Below are positions 56,874 to 64,000 of a stretch of 64,000 nt of DNA, one piece after another. The notes under the pieces are model-generated. The model was given only the letters and a program-made list of their open reading frames with translations, ran no database searches and had not been told where the DNA came from. The stretch is from a virus (lineage: Duplodnaviria; Caudoviricetes): positions 64,001 to 128,000 of IMG/VR virus record IMGVR_UViG_3300028591_000099. One strand, 5' to 3'. The position numbers were made by a program, and so were the translations under genes. How positions within the stretch are numbered: position 1 is the first letter of the stretch; every line of letters starts with the position of its first letter.

Positions 56874-58229
56874 TTACAGAATATAATTTAAGATGAACAA
56901 GAGATCACTTACTAGAATAATAGGATGAACCTCTTTAATTTTACCTTTACATAATTTTACAAATGTATAAGACCAGAAGCCAAGCATAATACCATTTGTA
57001 ATACCGTATGTGAGAGCCATTGGAACGCTCGCAAATGTTGCTGGAATAGCTTCTTCAAGGTTATCCCATTCAATCTCTTTAAGAGGTGCCATCATCATGA
57101 CAGCTACTACAATAAGTGCCGGGGCGGTTGCTGCGGACGGAATACCGCTAACAAAACCTGCGAAAGGCATGCTAAGTAAGAAGCAAATTGCTACGATTAC
57201 AGAAACTAAACCTGTGCGGCCGCCGGCTCCGATACCGGCTGCGGATTCGACATATGTTGTAGTAGACGAGGTGCCGATCACTGCGCCGATAGGTGTAGCG
57301 ATCGCATCAGCAAACAGCGCACGATCCATTTTAGAAGCCATGCCCTTAGTTTGCTCCATATTATTCAAATCCTCTTCAGAGAAAATACCACTGACCTTAC
57401 CGGTGCCAATAAATGTGCCAATAGTATCAAATAAATCAGATAGTGAGAATGAAAGAATACCAATTAATGTAGGAATAAGATTTTTAATATTACTGAACAC
57501 TTCTGGTAAGCCTTTTGTAATTGGCGTACCAAACCATTGCATATATGCACCCCAAGCTTCACCTACGCTATAACTCGTAGAGAAATTTGTAACTCCAAGC
57601 GGAACTCCTACTGCTGCCGCAATAATAATACCGATCAAAATTGCACCAGTTACATTCTTTAAAAGTAAGAAAATTGTTAATCCTAAACCGATTAAGAATA
57701 CAACTAATACCTGCCAAGAAATAGCAGTATTAATTGCTGGAATACCGAAATTGAAATGAACCAATCCAATATTGCATAATGCAATAAAAGCAATAAACAT
57801 ACCAATACCAGCACCAATTGCGTTCTGTAATGTCTTTGGAATAGCCGTGATAATATATTTACGAATATTCGTGACGGTAATAATAACATTAATAATACCA
57901 GACAGTAAGACAACTGCGATAATACCTTCTGGACTTAAACCAACAAGATATGCAGTATAACCAGCCAGAATGTTAGCAGCAGTATTATTAAGTCCTAAAC
58001 CAGGAGCAGCAGCATATGGAATATTAGCGATTAAGCCAAGCAACAATGTGCTAATTGCAGAAGCAAGAATCGTGGCGATGAACATCGCACCTGGTGCCCC
58101 AAATCCTGTAAGAGTTGCCGGATTGACTACGATAATATACGCCATTGCGGCAAAGGTGGTTAAACCAGCAAGAACTTCACGAGAAACTGTAGTATTATTG
58201 TCTTTTAAATGAAATAATTTTTCTAACAT
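56874..58229 (-). CDS. NCS2 family AzgA/PbuG-type purine (adenine/guanine/hypoxanthine) permease
   Basis: EVLAGLTTFAAMAYIIVVNP, APGLGLN, FDTIGT, TTYVESAAGIGAGGRTGL. Confidence 0.92.
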   Translation of the reverse strand: MLEKLFHLKDNNTTVSREVLAGLTTFAAMAYIIVVNPATLTGFGAPGAMFIATILASAISTLLLGLIANIPYAAAPGLGLNNTAANILAGYTAYLVGLSPEGIIAVVLLSGIINVIITVTNIRKYIITAIPKTLQNAIGAGIGMFIAFIALCNIGLVHFNFGIPAINTAISWQVLVVFLIGLGLTIFLLLKNVTGAILIGIIIAAAVGVPLGVTNFSTSYSVGEAWGAYMQWFGTPITKGLPEVFSNIKNLIPTLIGILSFSLSDLFDTIGTFIGTGKVSGIFSEEDLNNMEQTKGMASKMDRALFADAIATPIGAVIGTSSTTTYVESAAGIGAGGRTGLVSVIVAICFLLSMPFAGFVSGIPSAATAPALIVVAVMMMAPLKEIEWDNLEEAIPATFASVPMALTYGITNGIMLGFWSYTFVKLCKGKIKEVHPIILVSDLLFILNYIL

Positions 58230-59492
58230 TTACTTATCTTCCTTCTCTTTTAAAATTAAGTTTAATAATACGCCAACTACCATAGAGAGTGCTGTACCGC
58301 TGAAAGAATTGGATAAAAACCATATTCCACTAATACCAATCGTTAATACCGCACAAATAATTAACGTATTTTTAGAATCATTAATATCCACAGAATGTAA
58401 AGTGGATAAACCACTTTTTATAATAAAACCATAAAGTATCATACTGCATCCTCCAAAGACACAGCTTGGAATACTATTAATAAATGCTTGAACTGGAGTG
58501 ATAAAACTAAGACTACCCAACAATAAAGCCGCAACGGTAATTACGCGAACTGAAGCCACTCGGCTAAAACCAGTTGTGGCAATAGATTCTCCATAAGAAG
58601 TATTCGGTAATCCACATAATATAGTTCCTAAAAGAGATGCTGTGCCATCACCAATTAATGTTTTATCTAAACCAGGAGTCTTCGTTAAATCTGTTCCAAT
58701 AATATTTGATAATACTTTATGATCGCTAATATGCTCTAACATAGCACAGATTGCGACTGGAGCAAATAACACAATTGTCTGAATAACAACGGAGAGATTT
58801 AAGGATTTTATATCCCATGTCAAAAAGGTGAAATCTGGCAAACTTAATATTGATATTCTACTAAAAACCGAAAAATCAATCATTTTATAGCCAAAGATTG
58901 TTAATAAAATGCACACGATATATCCGAACAGTAGTCCAATTAAGAATGGGATAGTCTTTAAGAATCCTTTACAATAATGAGAACTAATCGCAATTACTAA
59001 CATTGTAAGTAATGCTACGATAATTCCGATATTACTGTGTTCTCCCTCTACTGAAACATATGTGGGAATAAAAGTTGCTAAATTGGCTCCAATTACAATA
59101 GTAACTGCTCCAATAATTGCTGGAGGAAAGATTTTATTAATTGCATTTACCCCTTTGGCTTTAACAAGTAAACCAAATAATAAATAAATTAATGCAATAA
59201 CAATACCACCAACCGCAACCGCAGTATAACCGCCAATCGCAAGTGCTCCTATAACAGCACTACAGGTAGCCCCACTACTGGAAATAAACATTGGACTTGA
59301 GAACCTGGTGATTAATTGATATAATAATGTGCCACAGCAGGCTCCAAATAAACAAGAACTAACTGGTGTCCCGCAGATATTGGCAATTAATACTGTTGCC
59401 ACAAAAACTGCCAATAGCTGTTGAAGGGCATAAAGAAATAATTCTTTAAATGTCCGGGGAGTGTCGTGAATATTATAAATTAAATTATTCAT
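58230..59492 (-). CDS. NCS2 family UraA/PyrP-type uracil permease
   Basis: ALQQLLAVFVATVL, EHISDH, GLPNTSYGES; ATG 59492 after AAGGAGG. Confidence 0.9.
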   Translation of the reverse strand: MNNLIYNIHDTPRTFKELFLYALQQLLAVFVATVLIANICGTPVSSCLFGACCGTLLYQLITRFSSPMFISSSGATCSAVIGALAIGGYTAVAVGGIVIALIYLLFGLLVKAKGVNAINKIFPPAIIGAVTIVIGANLATFIPTYVSVEGEHSNIGIIVALLTMLVIAISSHYCKGFLKTIPFLIGLLFGYIVCILLTIFGYKMIDFSVFSRISILSLPDFTFLTWDIKSLNLSVVIQTIVLFAPVAICAMLEHISDHKVLSNIIGTDLTKTPGLDKTLIGDGTASLLGTILCGLPNTSYGESIATTGFSRVASVRVITVAALLLGSLSFITPVQAFINSIPSCVFGGCSMILYGFIIKSGLSTLHSVDINDSKNTLIICAVLTIGISGIWFLSNSFSGTALSMVVGVLLNLILKEKEDK

Positions 59493-59772
59493 TATCTTCC
59501 TCCTTATATATTTCAAACTCAATTAAATTCATAATAGCATAACTTGCTAAATCTTTAAAAGTATCTTCTAAGGATTCAAAATCATTATGTCCTCCTTTAA
59601 TAAGATTTGTAGCTCTACTTAACTTATTATGAAGAGGGACTAAACCAGAAATTGGCCCAAGAGTATGATATAATACCCCAAAGCTATCTCCATAGTTGGC
59701 ATTTTTCTTTTCATAAAGATCTGCCATTGATGTTGCTATTTCTCGAAAACGCTCAACTTTATTCACAGCCAA
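59485..59772 (-). CDS. Nucleotide-modification-associated domain 1 (Nmad1/DUF1599-like) protein
   Basis: KKNANYGDSF...KLSR...ESLEDTFKDLASYAIM. Confidence 0.75.
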   Translation of the reverse strand: MAVNKVERFREIATSMADLYEKKNANYGDSFGVLYHTLGPISGLVPLHNKLSRATNLIKGGHNDFESLEDTFKDLASYAIMNLIEFEIYKEEDNE

Positions 59773-60304
59773 GATTTGCTACCTCCTGGTTAAACTCTGG
59801 AGCAATTTTTTTCATATATTCAATAACATCTCCAATATTATTCACTAAAATTCCTGATTCTTTAATACATCCCACAACATATAAATTTTGATAAGAATAT
59901 TGCTGTTCACAAATATCTGCGGCCGCACCCATATCTTTAGCTTCACTATGTGTGCGAGAACATTCTCTATTATCGGTGCAAATACCAATAATATATTTAT
60001 GGTCTCCTCTGCGGATTTTTTCTCTCATAACACCGATTTCAGCACATGTCCCACTAGGTAATACATCACCATCAATGCACGCAATTAATACATCTGTATT
60101 ATCAAGACGAGCGTTGTCTCCATCAGCAATTAATTTTGAGCCAGCAAATTTCTTTTTTCCTTCGATTCCATTAATTTCTGTATTTTCGATAGGTGAGTAT
60201 AAATCAATACCAGGAAAGACTTTTCTTATCCTATCTGCCCAGATAGTATTTCTATAATAATCTCCTTCATAGAAAATACTACCAGCTAAATATACTTTCA
60301 TCAT
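59759..60304 (-). CDS. Nucleoside 2-deoxyribosyltransferase / dNMP N-glycosidase family protein
   Basis: KVYLAGSIF, YSP, DVLIACIDG, SGTCAEIG, QNLYVVG. Confidence 0.8.
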   Translation of the reverse strand: MMKVYLAGSIFYEGDYYRNTIWADRIRKVFPGIDLYSPIENTEINGIEGKKKFAGSKLIADGDNARLDNTDVLIACIDGDVLPSGTCAEIGVMREKIRRGDHKYIIGICTDNRECSRTHSEAKDMGAAADICEQQYSYQNLYVVGCIKESGILVNNIGDVIEYMKKIAPEFNQEVANLGCE

Positions 60305-60316
60305 ATATTTTCTCCT

Positions 60317-60583
60317 TTATATTGTACCGCCGAATCCAAGGCATTTACATCCAATAACTTCTAAAAATTCATCTATATCATCAAAATAAGCATTATTATT
60401 ATTGTAATCAGATGTTTGTAAAAAATCATTATATGAAATTATTTGTATTGAATATCCATAGGCATATGCTTTTACTTGCATAGCTTCTGGATTTTTACAA
60501 ACAAAAATTGCTTTATCTTTTTCACATAATTCCATAATTTTTTTAGTTTTTCCAGACCCAGCTGGACCTATAATTTTAACCAT
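60317..60583 (-). CDS. Small P-loop protein
   Basis: GPAGSGKT and YFDDID. Confidence 0.6.
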   Translation of the reverse strand: MVKIIGPAGSGKTKKIMELCEKDKAIFVCKNPEAMQVKAYAYGYSIQIISYNDFLQTSDYNNNNAYFDDIDEFLEVIGCKCLGFGGTI

Positions 60584-61547
60584 TTAATTCTCCATCCTTG
60601 TTGCCTTGAGTGCTATTAAATCCTCAAGCGGTACTATCATAAAAATCAATCCAATAACGTTCTCTTTCATTTAATTTATTTCGAGAACATTCTTCTAAAA
60701 TTTCATACATAAAATTTTCTGGACCAAGTGTTTTCATTTCAGTGTAAAATCTATTATTTCAAGACCCAATTCCAAGACCAGCTTTTATATGGTCTCTAAA
60801 TCTATTTCTAATATCAACAGACTGTCCAATATAACACTGTCCTGAATGGATATTAGTAATCTTATAAATGCCACAATATGTTTTTCCAGTAGGAGTTAAC
60901 CTACCAAGTAAATCCATAGTTGGTTTTTTATAATATACTTCCCATATAACTTTATTAACCGGTAATGGGTCACATTTTAACTCTTTTACAACTTCTTTTA
61001 AACACTTAATATCTCATAACTCATCTTCTGAAATTTTAATTTTATAAAAATCTTTTTGATTTTCTTCTAAAATTCTGCGTTTATCCGCTTCAATGGCTGC
61101 GGCCTGCTTGCTTTTTAAGTCAGCAAGTTCTTCTTGTTTAAGGGTAATTTTACCAATTAATTTAGCCAATTCAGCAGCATTTTCTTCAACTAATTTTAAA
61201 TACTGTTTCTTATATTCTTCTTCGGCTTTTTGATATTTTGCTCCCGCAATTTCAGCAGCCTGAGACATCCGTTCTTGCATTAAATCATAAGATTTTTTAT
61301 ATATTTCATTAGCCGCCACTGTTGCTTGCGAACTAATTTGCTTAATGTCTTCATTAAGTGAGACCTTTTGACGTTCTAATGCTCGATTTTCAGTCTCCGC
61401 AGAAGCGATATCCGCAGTCAATTTATTTCATTCTTGTTTTAATTGCCCATTAATTTTAACTTGTTCAATATCTTGCTTATGCTTTGGAATAAGATATATT
61501 ACTAATAAAACTAATGCAGCAATAATACCTATTCAAATATATTGCAT
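60576..61547 (-). CDS. Membrane-anchored coiled-coil GIY-YIG nuclease, 323 aa; 5 TGA-Trp
   Basis: MQYI-W-IGIIAALVLLVIYLI TM segment; long coiled coil; CGIYKITN...CYIGQSVDIRNRFRDH...NERERYWI...GFN. Confidence 0.8.
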
Positions 61548-61617
61548 AATCTGTTCCTAATAAATAGGGGTAGGTCTCTACCCCGCCTACCCCTTGTTTT
61601 TATTTATTTATTTATAA

Positions 61618-61884
61618 TTATTCAGCTTCTTCAGCATCTGGGTCAAATGCCATACCTTCAGCTGTTAAGCTCAGTAACTTAATAGCCTTATGAGAACCGT
61701 CATCTAATTCGACTTCAGCCGGTGTACGAACGCCGAGACCCTTTCTCTGAATTGCACTAGTGAAGATACCATCAACGGAACGCTTCTCAAGTCCCAGAGC
61801 AGCTGCAACATCAGCAGCAGTTAAATCTTCACCATTGTGTGCCTTTAAATAGTCAAATACTTTTCTTGAATTTTCTTTCATCAT
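61618..61884 (-). CDS. Small winged-helix DNA-binding protein
   Basis: LTAADVAAALGLEKRSVDGIFT; RBS AAAGGAG; own SigA-type promoter at 61922-61951. Confidence 0.65.
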   Translation of the reverse strand: MMKENSRKVFDYLKAHNGEDLTAADVAAALGLEKRSVDGIFTSAIQRKGLGVRTPAEVELDDGSHKAIKLLSLTAEGMAFDPDAEEAE

Positions 61885-61964
61885 GTTAAATTTTCTCCTT
61901 TATTAATATATCTCTGTAAAAATTATAGCACAAATTTTTTATCTAAATCAACCTATATGAGAAA

Positions 61965-62150
61965 TTAGCCGAGTATATCTTGGACAATAGTGTCAATTTC
62001 TTCTAAATCCCACAAAGTTAGCTGATATTCGGCAATTATCGCGGTGATAGCAGTAGCAAAAGTTTCGTAATCGCTGTCACCGTTTTGCATACCTTTTTCT
62101 AGGTTGGCGATCATTTCCGCTATATGTTGTTTATCTGCTATGCTTGCCAT
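61965..62150 (-). CDS. Hypothetical protein
   Basis: RBS AAGGAG; promoter TTGACA-17-TATAAT at 62177-62205. Confidence 0.6.
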   Translation of the reverse strand: MASIADKQHIAEMIANLEKGMQNGDSDYETFATAITAIIAEYQLTLWDLEEIDTIVQDILG

Positions 62151-62184
62151 ATCTGCTCCTTAATTTTTACATTTATATTATACA

Positions 62185-63999
62185 TTATTTTTTTATAGGT
62201 GTCAAAAATTTTTCAATAAACTCTTTTTCCGAAACGATCGGAATACCGAGCTTTTTCGCAGTCAAATTTTTAGAAGAGGAAGAGGTAGTATCGTTATTGA
62301 TTAAATAGTTTGTTTTCGAACTTACAGAGCCAGATACATGGCCACCTTGAGCCTCAATCGCAGCCTGTAATTCACTTCTATTCTTAAACTCGGTCAACTT
62401 GCCTGTAACGCAAACTGTAATGCCATCAAGAGTTAAATCAGTATTACTCACTTCTGGGACATCTTCTACATTCATAAAATCATAATATAATTTAGTAGCA
62501 TATCTATCATAATCATATTCTAATAAACTACTGGATTTTTCAGGTCCGAAACCATCCCATTGCGAAAAATCAAATTGATTATCAACTAATGTTAATAATT
62601 CTGCGTAGGTTTTAATATGTTTACAAATTTCTTTAGCAACATTTAAACCAATTAATGGAATACCAATAGCAGAAATAAAATTTGGTAATGAACATTTGCG
62701 AGATTCTTCAATCGCATTTAAGATATTGGCTACTGACTTTTCACCAAAACCAGGCATATGTGCCCAGGCGACTTTGTGGTCTTTTAACTTGTAAATATCA
62801 TACGGAGTAGAAATCCATTCATTGTCAATTAACTTTTCTAAAGTTGCTTTTGAAAGACCTTTAATATCTAATCCTTTTTTACCGCAGAAATGGTCTAATT
62901 GATTAATTAATTTACCATCGCAATTTGGATTAGTGCAAATTAATGTTTTTACACCATCTGCGGATGTGGAGATTGCGGTTGGTGCTTCACAGATCGGACA
63001 AACCTGGGGGATACCGATCGGTTCACCCTCGGCCGCAGTATCAGCTTCTAAAATCTGAGGAATAATTAAATTAGCCTTAAAAATCCTTACGTTTTGCCCA
63101 ACTACTGGATTTTTTAGAACATTTTCCATAACACTTAAGTTATGCAAACTCGCTCTCTCAACAATAGAACCATCTAGTTCTACTGGAGTGAATACTGCAA
63201 CAGGAGTTAATACCCCAGTTCTACCCATAGTCCAATCAATATTCTGTAATTCAGAATCTACAACTTCGACTTCTGGCTTCCAAGCAATACCATTTTTAAA
63301 ATGATGACTTGTTGCACCTAATGATTTACCATATTCAATATCGTCATATTTCCAAACAATACCATCACATGGATAATTATCATAACTCAAAAGAGCATTG
63401 TTAATATTACTCAAATCATCAATTGTTGTTGTAGAAGAAATAGCATGATATTTAACAACTTCAAACCCAATACTATTTGCTTCGTAGAGATTCTTTGATA
63501 ACATTTTATAAGAACCACCTTCAATGACATCCCAAACAACAAATGATAGCCTACGTCTTTTTACAAAAGACATATCTAAAACATTCAATGCCCCGGCCGC
63601 AGCATTACGAGGATTTTTAAACTCGCCATTTTTATTAACCAATTCAAAATCTGAATATTTAATAATAGCTTCACCATCAACAATATATTCTCTCCAAATT
63701 GGAATTGTTAGTGGAACATTTAAAAAGTGTTTAACATGCTCAGTAATATCAGTACCCTGATACCCATTACCTCTAGTATTAGCAGAAACTAACTTACCCT
63801 CATTATATTTTAAACGAACAGATAGTCCGTCTAGTTTAATCATAGCAAGAGCTTCTTTATTTCTTATAAAAGATTTAATTTCTGCAATATCATGACATTT
63901 GTCTAAACTCAACATTGGTTTAGGTGTAATATCAACCTTCGTTAAGCCTGGTAATACTGGTGCTCCAACAGAATAGTTAGGACTGCCAGAGTAAATGCA
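62185..63999 (-). CDS. ligA: NAD-dependent DNA ligase (5'-truncated by window edge)
   Basis: MLSLDK, KLDG, TRGNG, NPRNAAAG, GRTG, Zn finger, BRCT; frame open to window end. Confidence 0.95.
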   Translation of the reverse strand, partial: CIYSGSPNYSVGAPVLPGLTKVDITPKPMLSLDKCHDIAEIKSFIRNKEALAMIKLDGLSVRLKYNEGKLVSANTRGNGYQGTDITEHVKHFLNVPLTIPIWREYIVDGEAIIKYSDFELVNKNGEFKNPRNAAAGALNVLDMSFVKRRRLSFVVWDVIEGGSYKMLSKNLYEANSIGFEVVKYHAISSTTTIDDLSNINNALLSYDNYPCDGIVWKYDDIEYGKSLGATSHHFKNGIAWKPEVEVVDSELQNIDWTMGRTGVLTPVAVFTPVELDGSIVERASLHNLSVMENVLKNPVVGQNVRIFKANLIIPQILEADTAAEGEPIGIPQVCPICEAPTAISTSADGVKTLICTNPNCDGKLINQLDHFCGKKGLDIKGLSKATLEKLIDNEWISTPYDIYKLKDHKVAWAHMPGFGEKSVANILNAIEESRKCSLPNFISAIGIPLIGLNVAKEICKHIKTYAELLTLVDNQFDFSQWDGFGPEKSSSLLEYDYDRYATKLYYDFMNVEDVPEVSNTDLTLDGITVCVTGKLTEFKNRSELQAAIEAQGGHVSGSVSSKTNYLINNDTTSSSSKNLTAKKLGIPIVSEKEFIEKFLTPIKK

Positions 64000-64000
64000 T

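Noticed and set aside
5702-63760. Short antisense or alternate-frame ORFs in the track (e.g. 19955-20401, 31654-31902, 38803-39129, 57010-57573)
   Set aside because: They overlap well-supported genes and lack an RBS or recognisable motifs

Overview
A 64-kb segment of a large, AT-rich tailed phage genome, most likely infecting a Gram-positive (Bacillota) host. The + strand (1-37.9 kb) carries baseplate and tail-fibre genes, LRR adhesins, holin and endolysin, a five-gene accessory cassette, a small heat-shock gene and a tRNA. The - strand (38-64 kb) carries replication and nucleotide-metabolism genes: ligA, dnaB, dnaG, recJ, RecD-like helicase, dnaE, nrdDG, dut, a RuvC-like resolvase, two NCS2 nucleobase permeases and a deoxyribosyltransferase. 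The ORF track looks shattered because TGA is read as Trp. Re-translating with code 4 fuses the fragments into long intact genes that end in TAA or TAG. TGA-Trp occurs in structural, lysis and cassette genes, two nucleases and one membrane protein, while the core replication genes have none (DnaE: 19 Trp, all TGG). The window also encodes a decoder, tRNA-Trp(UCA), whose anticodon is split by a 201-nt group I intron, so splicing could gate expression of the recoded genes. Other notable items are a recurrent intergenic motif (GGNCW-N8-TAA-N17-TYA, 6 copies), a promoter-driven stem-loop RNA candidate, paired C-terminal/N-terminal motifs in adjacent fibre genes, and a nucleobase import/exchange cassette. 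All family assignments come from motif recognition by eye; no searches were run.
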